From NCBI GenBank assembly GCA_047519495.1, contig JAPVSX010000118.1, positions 1-38,799 of the forward strand: a stretch of 38,799 bases of DNA, in the 5' to 3' direction. Made by a program: the position numbers and the translations under genes. This DNA comes from Armatimonadota bacterium. GTDB lineage: Bacteria; Sysuimicrobiota; Sysuimicrobiia; Sysuimicrobiales; Segetimicrobiaceae. Shown here in pieces: positions 26,187 to 34,840 of the stretch (within the stretch, counting starts at the first letter, position 1; each line of letters opens with the position of its first letter). The notes under the pieces were generated by a model that was not told the origin of the DNA, ran no database searches, and saw only the letters and a program-made list of their open reading frames with translations.

Positions 26187-26995
26187 GCCAGGGCCTCCGC
26201 CATTTCAGCCTGGAGCAGCTCGAGGAGCCGGGCCTTGGTGCGCACGACGCCGTCATTCACAGGGGTCCGCGGCCGGGGGAGATCCACGGCGACCTCGGCC
26301 CGAACCCGGCCCGGCCGCGCCGTGAGCACGTAGATCCGGTCCGAGAGGAGGACCGCCTCTTCCACGTCGTGGGTGATGAACAGGACCGTGCGCCCGAACT
26401 CGTCCCGCAGCCGGAGCAGGTAGCCCTGCATCGCCGCCCGCGTCATCGCGTCGAGCGCGCCGAAGGGCTCGTCCAGCACGAGCAGATCGCGCCGACACAG
26501 GAGCGTGCGGACGAGCGCGACCCGTTGGCGCATGCCGCCGGAGAGCAGCGCGGGATACGCCCGCTCGAACCCGCCCAGGCCGAACCGGCGGAGCATCTCG
26601 CGCGCTTCGGTCCGGGACGCAGCGCGGGGCACGCCCTGGATCTCCATCCCGAGGATCGCGTTGTCGAGGACGGTCCGCCACGGCAGCAGGAGGTCCTTCT
26701 GCTGCATGTAGGCGACCCGGCCGCGCGATCCTGACGGATGCGTGCCCGGCGCGCTTTGCGCGGCCCCCAGCAACTCGCCGTCGAGCCGGAGGCTGCCGCC
26801 GTCGGCGGGGATGAGGCCTGCGATGATGTTGCAGAGGGTGCTCTTGCCGCATCCGCTGGGGCCGAGCAGGCTGACGAACTCCCGGCGGCCGACGGTGAGC
26901 GACACGTCACGGAGCACCGGAAGCCAGTCTCCGGCGTGGCTGCCCGCCCGAGGGAAGCGCTTGTCGAGACCCGTGATTTCCAGAGCCGGTGCCAT
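26183..26995 (-). CDS. thiZ: ABC ATP-binding protein, ThiZ/SsuB type
   Basis: GPSGCGKST, YMQQKDLLLPWRT, LSGGMRQR, LDEPFGALD, ITHDVEEA; first gene after the TPP riboswitch. Confidence 0.9.
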   Translation of the reverse strand: MAPALEITGLDKRFPRAGSHAGDWLPVLRDVSLTVGRREFVSLLGPSGCGKSTLCNIIAGLIPADGGSLRLDGELLGAAQSAPGTHPSGSRGRVAYMQQKDLLLPWRTVLDNAILGMEIQGVPRAASRTEAREMLRRFGLGGFERAYPALLSGGMRQRVALVRTLLCRRDLLVLDEPFGALDAMTRAAMQGYLLRLRDEFGRTVLFITHDVEEAVLLSDRIYVLTARPGRVRAEVAVDLPRPRTPVNDGVVRTKARLLELLQAEMAEALA

Positions 26996-27017
26996 TATCG
27001 GTCTACCGCCGTCCAGC

Positions 27018-27048
27018 AAAAAACGCCGCTCCCGGAACCGGGGCGGCG
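27018..27048 (-). terminator. Intrinsic terminator (riboswitch expression platform)
   Basis: Minus strand CGCCGCCCCGGTTCCGGGAGCGGCG followed by TTTTTT, between the TPP aptamer and thiZ. Confidence 0.85.
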
Positions 27049-27053
27049 CGCGA

Positions 27054-27146
27054 CCTCTCCCTCCGCTGGCATTACCCAGATCAGGTTCCGGGGTCGATGG
27101 CAGGGTCAGCCATCCTCTCAGCCTGGTTCCCCAAGCTCCCCCACGC
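27054..27146 (-). ncRNA. TPP (THI-box) riboswitch
   Basis: Minus strand GGGGAGC...GCTGAGAG...GACCC..GAACCTGATCTGGGTAATGCCAGCGGAGGGA matches the TPP aptamer consensus, upstream of thiamine genes. Confidence 0.96.
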
Positions 27147-27167
27147 TATTCAGTTGAGACCGGCTCT

Positions 27168-27195
27168 AGTATAGCACGGGGCCCCGCCGCCGCAA
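27168..27195 (-). promoter_or_regulatory. Putative sigma70 promoter of the thiamine operon
   Basis: TTGCGG-N16-TATACT with extended -10 TG, just upstream of the riboswitch. Confidence 0.6.
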
Positions 27196-27252
27196 GTCCT
27201 GCCCTCATCCCCCAATCACCGGGGCGCTGGCCCCGGTGGCATCCGGCCGGGC

Positions 27253-28263
27253 TCAGCCGGCGCGCAGATCCTCAAGGATCCGCCAGAGCTCGTCCCTCGG
27301 CGGAGGAACGAGCGGCGTCTCGCGGCCGTCCCGGCGCACGCGCCGGCCCTCGGCGACGAAGACACCGATCGGCGTCGCCGAGATACCGGCCGCGTCAATC
27401 GCCGCCGCCGTCCGCGCGGGGTCGGGGCTGGCCACCAGGAGCGCGCCGCTGCCGATCAGTCCCAGCGGATCCACGCCGAGGTGCGTACAGATCGCCTGTG
27501 TCTCCGGCAGCACGGGCACGCGGTCGGCGTCCAGGCGCACGCCGATCCCCGACGCGACCGCCATCTCGTGCACCGCGCCGAGCACGCCCCCCTCGGTCAC
27601 GTCGTGCATCGCGCGTGCCCCCGCGGGGACCGCCGCGCGCCCCTCCGGCAGCACGCTGATCCGCTGCCGCAACGCCTTTGCCCGATCTAGGAGCGCCGGC
27701 CCCAGGGCCGGCCGGAGGCGCCCGTCGAGCTCTGCGGCGAGGATCGCGGTCCCTTCGATCCCCGCGCCTTTCGTCAGGAGCAGCGTGTCCCCCGGGCGCG
27801 CGCCGCCGCTGTGCACCACGCGGTCCCTGCGCGCGCGCCCGAGCGCCGTCATCACGACGATCGTGCGGTCGATCCCGGCCGTCACCTCGCTGTGGCCCCC
27901 GGCGATCTCGACGCCGAGCGATGCCGCCGCCTCCGAGGCGTCCCGCATCACCCGGGCGAGGTCGGCCTCGGGGTGTCCGGGCGCCAGCAGCACGGTCAGG
28001 GTCAGTGCGACGGGCTCCGCCCCGCACGCGGCCAGGTCGTTGGTCGCGACGTGGACGGCATACCAGCCCAGGTCCCGCCGGGTGCCGGTGATGGGGTCGG
28101 TCGTCAGCACCGCCACCTCTGCGCCGAAGTCGATGACCGCGCAGTCCTCCCCGAGCTGAGCGTGGACGAGCACGTCGTCACGCCGGGCGCCGAGGTGCGG
28201 ATAGACCAGCGCGGCCAGGACCTCCGGCGGAACCTTGCCGACCGGCAGCTCAGCGCCGGACAC
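27253..28263 (-). CDS. AIR synthase-related (PurM/HypE-like) protein
   Basis: GKVPP, GEDCAVID, TDPITG, NDLA..GA.P, GGHSEVT, ARPGD.LLLTK, MHDVTEGG. Confidence 0.88.
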   Translation of the reverse strand: MSGAELPVGKVPPEVLAALVYPHLGARRDDVLVHAQLGEDCAVIDFGAEVAVLTTDPITGTRRDLGWYAVHVATNDLAACGAEPVALTLTVLLAPGHPEADLARVMRDASEAAASLGVEIAGGHSEVTAGIDRTIVVMTALGRARRDRVVHSGGARPGDTLLLTKGAGIEGTAILAAELDGRLRPALGPALLDRAKALRQRISVLPEGRAAVPAGARAMHDVTEGGVLGAVHEMAVASGIGVRLDADRVPVLPETQAICTHLGVDPLGLIGSGALLVASPDPARTAAAIDAAGISATPIGVFVAEGRRVRRDGRETPLVPPPRDELWRILEDLRAG

Positions 28264-28478
28264 TAGGAGTTCCCGCCGGGGCGACGAATCAACACAAAGA
28301 GCACATGTGGCCTGCCAACAACTGCGTCCGTTGCGATGCGCTCAAATCTTGCGCCGGGAATGCCCGCGCCGTTGTCTGATTGGCCCGGCGTTTCGGAGCT
28401 GACCGCGCCGCTGCGCCTCAGTGCGGCATCCCGGCGTGTGGCGCGGCGGAACGGCCCGGTTGCATAGACGGGGACACG

Positions 28479-28715
28479 ATGCCGGAGCTCGCGTTTGTGC
28501 TCATCAGCCTCGACCGCAGCACCCCCGCGGAAGTCGCGCGGCTCGTGCGGGCGCTGCCGGGGGTCGCGACGGCCCACGCCGTGATGGGGGAGTTTGACGT
28601 GCTGGCGGTCGTTCATGCGAACGCCACGCGGGACATCGCGTCGCTCATCGAGGCCCACATTCGAACAATCGAGGGGGTCGCGCGGGTCGTCACGTGCGTC
28701 GCGGTCCCGACGTAG
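28479..28715 (+). CDS. Stand-alone Lrp/AsnC ligand-binding (RAM) domain protein
   Basis: AFVLI...LPGV..AHAVMGEFDVLA.V...IRTIEGV..VVTC; no HTH. Confidence 0.85.
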   Translation: MPELAFVLISLDRSTPAEVARLVRALPGVATAHAVMGEFDVLAVVHANATRDIASLIEAHIRTIEGVARVVTCVAVPT

Positions 28716-28747
28716 TCCCGCGGGGAACGCTCCCGCCTCAGCTCGGT

Positions 28748-29671
28748 TTAGACGGCCACCCGAGGCGTGATCAGGGTCATTTTCGCGAGGATCTCCTGCG
28801 CGGCCTCGAGCGCGCGCAGGCCGTGCTCTCCCGGCACCAGCGGCGCCGCCTCTCCCCGTACGCAGCCGACGAAGTGGGTCAGCTCGGCCCGCAGCGGTTC
28901 CTCCCCCTTCACCACCGTGCGGCGCTGCGTGCCGTGCCGCCGCACCGTGATCTGCTGGCTGAGGTAATTGAGGTGGATGAACCCGTCCGGCAGCGTGATC
29001 TCGAGCTCCGCCGCCTTCACCGGCGAGACGCGGCTGGCCACGAAGCTGGTCAGGCACCCGCTCCGCAGCGCGAGGTGCGCGACGGCCAGGTCCTCGTCCT
29101 CCCCGTGAATCGCCGCGCCGATCGCGCTCACCCGCGCCACCGGCGACCGCATCAGGGTGAGGATGATGTCCAGGTCGTGGATCATCAGGTCGAGCACGAC
29201 GCCGACGTCCATCACCCGGCGCGGGTTCCAGGGCCGCACCCGCCGGACCTGGACGAAGAGCGGATCGGTGACGAGCTCGCGCAGCGCCTGCACGGCCGGC
29301 TTGAACCGCTCCACGTGGCCGACGAGGAGGGTCACCCCGCGGCGCTGGGCCAGGTCGACGAGCTCGGCCGCCTGCTCGACCGTCGTCGTGATCGGCTTCT
29401 CGACGAGCACATGCACGCCGCGCTGGAGGAACTCGCGGGCGATCTCGTAGTGCAGCGCGGTCGGGACCACGATGCTGACCGCGTCCACTCGCCCGAACAG
29501 CATCCGGTAGTCGCGGTACCCTGCGGTGCTGTACCGGCGGGCGAACGCGCCGACCTCGCGGGGCACCGTGTCCACGACGCCGGCCAGCGTGACGCCCGGG
29601 AGGTGGTGGTAGATCCGCACGTGATGCTGTCCCCACTGGCCCAGGCCCACGACGCCGACGCGAATCGGCAT
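28748..29671 (-). CDS. Gfo/Idh/MocA NAD-dependent oxidoreductase (WbpB/GnnA-like)
   Basis: GVVGLGQWG, EKPI, VGHVERFKP, DLMIHDLD; GGAGG RBS. Confidence 0.9.
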   Translation of the reverse strand: MPIRVGVVGLGQWGQHHVRIYHHLPGVTLAGVVDTVPREVGAFARRYSTAGYRDYRMLFGRVDAVSIVVPTALHYEIAREFLQRGVHVLVEKPITTTVEQAAELVDLAQRRGVTLLVGHVERFKPAVQALRELVTDPLFVQVRRVRPWNPRRVMDVGVVLDLMIHDLDIILTLMRSPVARVSAIGAAIHGEDEDLAVAHLALRSGCLTSFVASRVSPVKAAELEITLPDGFIHLNYLSQQITVRRHGTQRRTVVKGEEPLRAELTHFVGCVRGEAAPLVPGEHGLRALEAAQEILAKMTLITPRVAV

Positions 29672-29785
29672 GCTGATCGGCACCTCCACTGTACCATCCC
29701 AGCAAATCGCTACGTGCGCCGATTTGCGGGGGACCCCGGCCGTCCTCTCCGAGGGCAGACGCGGTTCAAGATTGGTGCACCGCCT

Positions 29786-30910
29786 TCACGCAGTTCTCCG
29801 CGGGTCGAAGCGCCGGATCGCCTGGACGATCCGGTCGAGCTCGTCCTCGCTGAGCGCGGGGTGCACCGGGATGCTGAGTACTTCCTGTGCAGCGCGCTCG
29901 GCCTCCGGGCACCGGACGTCGCCGTAGCCGAGCCGCCGGTACAGCGGGCTGCGGTGGATCGGCTGCGGGTAATACACGCGCGTCCCGATGGCTTGCGCCT
30001 CAAGGTGCCGGGCGAGCCGGTCCCGGACCCGCGGGATCCGCACGGTGTATTGATGATAGGCATGCACGCAGTCGGGGGGCGTCTCCGGCAGCACGAGCCA
30101 GTCGAGGTCGGCCAGCCCCGCCGAGAGGCGCGCCGCGTTCGCGCGCCGCCGGGCGTTGCGCGCGTCGAGGTGCGCCAGCTGGACGCCGCCGAGCGCCCCC
30201 GCGATCTCCGTCATCCGGTAGTTATACCCCAGTGCTTCGTAGACGTACAGCCCGGTCTGCCCGCAGTTCACGAGCCTCCGCGCGCGCTCGGCCACCGGGG
30301 CGTGATCCGTCACGATCATGCCCCCCTCACCGGTCGTCAGGTTCTTGGACGGATAGAAGCTGAACACGCCCGCATCCCCGAACGTCCCGGCCCGCCGGCC
30401 CTGAAACGCCGCCCCGTGGGCCTGGGCGGCGTCTTCGATCACGATGAGGTTGTGCGCGTGCGCGAGGCGCATCAAGGCGTCCATGCGACACGGCAGGCCG
30501 TACAGGTGGACCGGGAGGAGCGCCTGGACGTCCGGCGTGCGGGCGAGCGCGTCCGCCACGGCCTCCGGGTCCAGATTGTACGTGCGCGGATCGATGTCCA
30601 CGAACACGGGGCGGGCGTTCCGGTGAAGAATGGCGTTGGCCGTGGCGACAAACGAGAACGGCGTCGTGATGACCCCGGCACCCGGCGCAAGGCCGGCCGC
30701 CTCGAGCGCCACCACGAGGCCGGCCGTCCCCGAGGATGTCCCAATCCCGTGCGCGGCGCCGAGGTACGCGCTGAACGCCTCCTCGAACTCTCGGACCCGC
30801 CGGCCGGCGACGAGATTGCCCGACTCGAGGACCTCCAGCACCCGGCGCTTCTCCTCGCCGGTGATGAGGGGCCTCGCGATCGGGATGATGTGCTGCGACG
30901 TCGTCTGCAT
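29786..30910 (-). CDS. DegT/DnrJ/EryC1/StrS PLP-dependent sugar aminotransferase
   Basis: SSGTAGL, PVHLYG, EDAAQAHGA, FSFYPSKNLTTGEGG, GYNYRMTE, LSIPVHP. Confidence 0.93.
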   Translation of the reverse strand: MQTTSQHIIPIARPLITGEEKRRVLEVLESGNLVAGRRVREFEEAFSAYLGAAHGIGTSSGTAGLVVALEAAGLAPGAGVITTPFSFVATANAILHRNARPVFVDIDPRTYNLDPEAVADALARTPDVQALLPVHLYGLPCRMDALMRLAHAHNLIVIEDAAQAHGAAFQGRRAGTFGDAGVFSFYPSKNLTTGEGGMIVTDHAPVAERARRLVNCGQTGLYVYEALGYNYRMTEIAGALGGVQLAHLDARNARRRANAARLSAGLADLDWLVLPETPPDCVHAYHQYTVRIPRVRDRLARHLEAQAIGTRVYYPQPIHRSPLYRRLGYGDVRCPEAERAAQEVLSIPVHPALSEDELDRIVQAIRRFDPRRTA

Positions 30911-31031
30911 CGGTCCGGCGACTCCGCCTCCCGCGCGCAATCCTACGCATGATTCTGCGCGCGCAGATGATTTCCTCTTCCGTATATACCCGTCTCCCTC
31001 CCGCTTGCGTCAGGCGGACGCGGGGGCGCGG

Positions 31032-31469
31032 TCAGTCCTCCAGCTGACCGCGGAGCGCGGCGAGCATCCCGTCGAGGTTCTCCTTCATCTTGACCCGGAG
31101 GAGCGTGCTGAGGAGCCCGCCGATCAGCGGAATCCCGAACTCGAACTCGACGGCGATCGCGGTCCGGGTGCCGCTCCCCTCGGGGGCAAACGTCCACGTC
31201 CCCTCGTACCGGTCGAAGTCTCCCTCGCGCTGGCGAAACCGGCAGAGGTGCTGAGCGTCGTCCCACACGTCTTCCTCGACCCAGTGGATCCGGCGCCCTT
31301 CCACGACGCCGACCCACTCCGTCACCGTGGGGACGTCCCCGCGGCGCTCCAGGACCGTGACGCGCTCGAGGTCGGGCATGAAGCGGGGAAAATCCTCTAC
31401 CCGTTTCGCCACTGCGTACACATCCGCGAGCGCCGCACGAATCAGAACGGACGCCTCGACGCGTGCCAT
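31032..31469 (-). CDS. SRPBCC/START-like (polyketide cyclase/aromatase-type) protein
   Basis: VEDFPRFMP, W.E...WDD, EGDF..Y.G.W.F, FGIPLIGG; RBS GAAGGAGAG. Confidence 0.85.
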   Translation of the reverse strand: MARVEASVLIRAALADVYAVAKRVEDFPRFMPDLERVTVLERRGDVPTVTEWVGVVEGRRIHWVEEDVWDDAQHLCRFRQREGDFDRYEGTWTFAPEGSGTRTAIAVEFEFGIPLIGGLLSTLLRVKMKENLDGMLAALRGQLED

Positions 31470-31514
31470 CTCCCTCTCCTTCGCCGTCGGAGTGTGTGGG
31501 GCCGAGCCGGGTGC

Positions 31515-32486
31515 TCAGGCGTGCAGCTCGAGGACGTCGCCGTCTTCGAGCACGTGCTCCCGCTGGACCATCTGGCCGTCGAACGCGCGCGCGCCCCAGA
31601 TGCGGGCATACTTGAGGCGCTCGACGAAGTCCTTGTGGACGGCGGCGGCCGCGTCCTGCACGGTCGCACCGCGCGGCAGGACGAACGGCACCGACTTGTC
31701 CGGGCGCTGCCCGGGCGCCTTGGTGTAGATCCGGATGACGTCGAGGAGCCGGAACATCTCCCCGCGTAGCGCCTCGAGGTTCATCCCTTCCTCGGCGGAA
31801 ACGGCCAGCACCGGGAACCGCGTGCCGTACATCTCCCGGAGGATCTGGAGCCGCACCGTCGCGCCCCCGGCGTCGGCCTTGGCCGCCACGAGGAGCGACG
31901 GCAGCACGTCCTCCCCCTCTCCATGCCGGCCCAGCCGCACGCGGAACTGCGCAGCCAGCTCGAGCGTTTGCTCGAGCCCGGCCAGGAGGTCGTCGTCCGC
32001 CAGGTCGGCGACGAGCAGCGCTCCGTCGGCCTGGCGGATCAGCGCGAACAGCCAGGGCTCGGCCGTCTCCGGCGCGATCGGCGGGAGATCGACCAGCTGG
32101 ATCTTGACGTCCTCGAACGGCACCATGCCCGGCAGGGGTGCCCGCGTCGCGAACGGGTACGGTGCCACCACCGGCGTCGCGTTGCTGAGCGCGGCCAGGA
32201 GGCGGGACTTGCCGGCGTTCGGCGGCCCGACCAGCACGATCTGGCCCGCCCCCTCCCGGGGAACGTGGTGCCAGGTCGGCCCCTTCCCGGCCGACTTCCG
32301 GCGCGCCGCTTCGGTTCTGACCTTGGCCATCCGGCGCCGGATATCCGCCCGCATGTGTTCCGTCCCCTTGTGCTTGGGGATCGTCGCCATCATCTCTTCG
32401 AGGGCGGCAAGCTGCTCCTCGGGCGTGGTGGCCTGCCGGAAGCGACGTTCGGCCTCGAGATACTGCGGCGTGAGATTTGCGGGCAT
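31515..32486 (-). CDS. DRG/OBG-family GTPase with C-terminal TGS domain
   Basis: MPANLTPQY...IPKHKGTE, G1 GPPNAGKS, YPFAT, DLPP, IRIYTK.PG, H.DF...KYARIWG...HVLEDGDVLELH. Confidence 0.9.
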   Translation of the reverse strand: MPANLTPQYLEAERRFRQATTPEEQLAALEEMMATIPKHKGTEHMRADIRRRMAKVRTEAARRKSAGKGPTWHHVPREGAGQIVLVGPPNAGKSRLLAALSNATPVVAPYPFATRAPLPGMVPFEDVKIQLVDLPPIAPETAEPWLFALIRQADGALLVADLADDDLLAGLEQTLELAAQFRVRLGRHGEGEDVLPSLLVAAKADAGGATVRLQILREMYGTRFPVLAVSAEEGMNLEALRGEMFRLLDVIRIYTKAPGQRPDKSVPFVLPRGATVQDAAAAVHKDFVERLKYARIWGARAFDGQMVQREHVLEDGDVLELHA

Positions 32487-32499
32487 CGCGCTGTGCACT

Positions 32500-32564
32500 T
32501 ATTGTACCAGACCCGGCCGCCGGGAGGCACCAGGGATCCGGCGCGCGTCCCGGACCGTTATACT
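32500..32564. promoter_or_regulatory. Divergent -10 elements (TGgTACAAT minus for the GTPase; TATACT plus for the liv operon)
   Basis: Near-consensus -10 hexamers at about 32500-32509 (-) and 32559-32564 (+) in the divergent intergenic region. Confidence 0.45.
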
Positions 32565-32640
32565 ATTGTTGCCAGACTACTAGGGGGGAAGCCAGGCGTT
32601 CCGGGGAAGCGGTCCCCGGATCACAGGGGAGGGATGCACG

Positions 32641-33867
32641 GTGTCGCGACTCCGAGGTGGTGCGCTGTTGGTCGCCGTGGCCGTCACGGCGATGCTGGGG
32701 GGGATGGTGGCCGGCCCGTCTCAAGGGGAGGAGGTGCTCAAGATCGGGGCGCCGCTCGCTGCGACCGGCCCGGACGCCCGCGAAGGGGCGCTGACCAAAC
32801 AGGGATACGATCTCTGGGCCGACACGGTAAACGCCCGCGGCGGGATCAAGGTCGGCGAGACGGCCTACCGGGTCCAGATCATCTACTACGACGACCAGAG
32901 CAAGCCGCAGATCTCCGCGGAGCTCACGGACAAGCTGATCAGCCAGGACCGCGTCAACCTGCTGCTGGGCCCATACGGCAGCGCCACGACGTTCGCGGAC
33001 GCCGCGATCGCCGAGAAGTACCGGATCCCGATGGTCGAGGCGAACGGGGCGGCCCGCAAGATCTTCCAGCAGGGCTACCACTACATCTTCGGGATCCTGA
33101 GCCCGGCCGACCAGTACGCGGCCGCGATGCTCCAGGCGGCCTCCACGCTCACGCCGAAGCCAGAGAGCGTGGCGATTCTGTCTGCGGACGATCTCTTCTC
33201 GCTCGAGGTGGCGGACGGCGCTAAGGCCTGGGCGGAGCGCAACGGCATGAAGGTCCTGTACGACCAGAAGTACCCGGTCGGCGTCGCGGATCTCAGCGCC
33301 GCCCTCACGGCGATCAAGTCCCTGCGGCCGGACGTTCTGATCGGCTCCGGCCACCTGCAGGAGAGCCTCCTGGTCATGAAGCAGACCCAGAGCCTCGGCG
33401 TGAACCTGAAGTTCTTCGGGTTCACGGTCGGGCCGACGACGCCGGACTTCCTCAAGGCGCTCGGGCCGGCGGCGGAGTACGTCTTCGCGTCGTCCCAGTG
33501 GACGGCGGACGTCAAGTACCGCGGGCCGGTGTTCGGGTCGGCGGTGGAGTACGCTCGGGCGTTCCAGCAGAAGTACGGGTTCGAGCCGGACTATCATGCC
33601 GCGGAAAGCACCGCCGGCGGGCTGGCGCTCCAGCTGGCGATCGAGAAGGCCGGGAGCATCGACCCCCAGAAGGTGCGGGACGCGCTGGCCCGGCTCGACG
33701 TCATGACGTTCTACGGGCGGATCAAGTTCGACCCCGAGGGGCTGAACGTCTACAAGCCGATGGTCACCGTCCAGATCCAGCGCGGCAAGGTCGTGACGGT
33801 CTGGCCGCCCGACGTGGCGTCGGCCAAGGCGCTCTACCCGACGCCGGCGTGGGACGCCCGGCGGTAG
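32641..33867 (+). CDS. Branched-chain amino acid (HAAT/LivK-like) ABC substrate-binding protein
   Basis: Signal peptide, KIGAPL..TG, NARGGI, YDDQS.P, LLGPYGS, TFYG.IKFD. Confidence 0.9.
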   Translation: MSRLRGGALLVAVAVTAMLGGMVAGPSQGEEVLKIGAPLAATGPDAREGALTKQGYDLWADTVNARGGIKVGETAYRVQIIYYDDQSKPQISAELTDKLISQDRVNLLLGPYGSATTFADAAIAEKYRIPMVEANGAARKIFQQGYHYIFGILSPADQYAAAMLQAASTLTPKPESVAILSADDLFSLEVADGAKAWAERNGMKVLYDQKYPVGVADLSAALTAIKSLRPDVLIGSGHLQESLLVMKQTQSLGVNLKFFGFTVGPTTPDFLKALGPAAEYVFASSQWTADVKYRGPVFGSAVEYARAFQQKYGFEPDYHAAESTAGGLALQLAIEKAGSIDPQKVRDALARLDVMTFYGRIKFDPEGLNVYKPMVTVQIQRGKVVTVWPPDVASAKALYPTPAWDARR

Positions 33868-33952
33868 ACTCGCAAGAGACAGCCGGGGAGAGCGGGCCGC
33901 CGGTGCGTGTGCGGGACCGGCGGTCCTCCCTCGCCCCCAGCGCCCCTGGCGT

Positions 33953-34840
33953 GTGAGCGTCGGCGTTCAGATCGCGCTCCAGAACGCGGTCAACGGCCTC
34001 CTCATCGGGGGCACGTACGCGACCGTGGCGCTTGGTTTCTCGCTCGTCTGGGGGATCCTCAACATCGTCAACCTCGCGCACGGCTCCCTCGTCATGCTGG
34101 GCGCGTACGCGACGTACTGGTTGTTCACCCTCTACCACATCGACCCGCTGCTCGCGCTCCCCCTGGTGGCCGCCGTGCTGTTCGCGTTCGGGTACGGCAT
34201 CCAGCGGGCGATGATCAACCAGGTGATCCGCGCGCCGTTCCTCATCACGTTCCTGCTCACGTTCGGCGTGGAGCTGCTGATCACGAACATCGCCCAGGCC
34301 GCCTGGACGGCGGACATCCGCTCGGTGACGACGGCCTACTCGGGACAGAGCCTGAGCCTGGGTCCGTTCGTGATCCCGGTGGTGCGGGCGGTCGCCCTCG
34401 CCATCGCCGTCGCGGTGGCGGGCGTTCTCCACGCCGTCCTCACCCGGACCCGCCTCGGCGCCGCGATCCGGGCGACCGCGTCGGACCAGGAAGCCGCCCG
34501 GCTGATGGGCATTCCGATCGGCCGCGTCTACGGCGTGACCTTCGGCATCGCCGCCGCGACCGCGGGCGTTGCCGGGGGGTTGATCAGCCTGAGCTTTCCG
34601 ATCTTTCCGGCGATGGGGGCGGGGTACACGCTCATCGCGTTCGTCACGTGCGTGCTCGGCGGGCTCGGCAGCGTCCCGGGAGCGCTCCTCGGCGGGCTGC
34701 TCCTCGGGCTGCTGCAGACCTACGCCGCCTCCTGGCTCGGCCCGAACTACGACAACATCATCGCGTTCAGCGTTCTGATCCTGGTCCTCCTCGTCCGTCC
34801 CGCCGGCCTCCTCGGGCGGGCCCGGCGGTTCCGCGGATGA
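33953..34840 (+). CDS. livH: LivH-type ABC permease
   Basis: NGLL.GGTYA..ALGFSLVWG...VNLAHG, RTRLG.AIRATA, VLGGLGS..GA. Confidence 0.9.
   Translation: MSVGVQIALQNAVNGLLIGGTYATVALGFSLVWGILNIVNLAHGSLVMLGAYATYWLFTLYHIDPLLALPLVAAVLFAFGYGIQRAMINQVIRAPFLITFLLTFGVELLITNIAQAAWTADIRSVTTAYSGQSLSLGPFVIPVVRAVALAIAVAVAGVLHAVLTRTRLGAAIRATASDQEAARLMGIPIGRVYGVTFGIAAATAGVAGGLISLSFPIFPAMGAGYTLIAFVTCVLGGLGSVPGALLGGLLLGLLQTYAASWLGPNYDNIIAFSVLILVLLVRPAGLLGRARRFRG

Noticed and set aside
27253-28263. Selenophosphate synthetase SelD or HypE
   Set aside because: Same fold, but no N-terminal C/U-x-x-K motif and no C-terminal PRIC.
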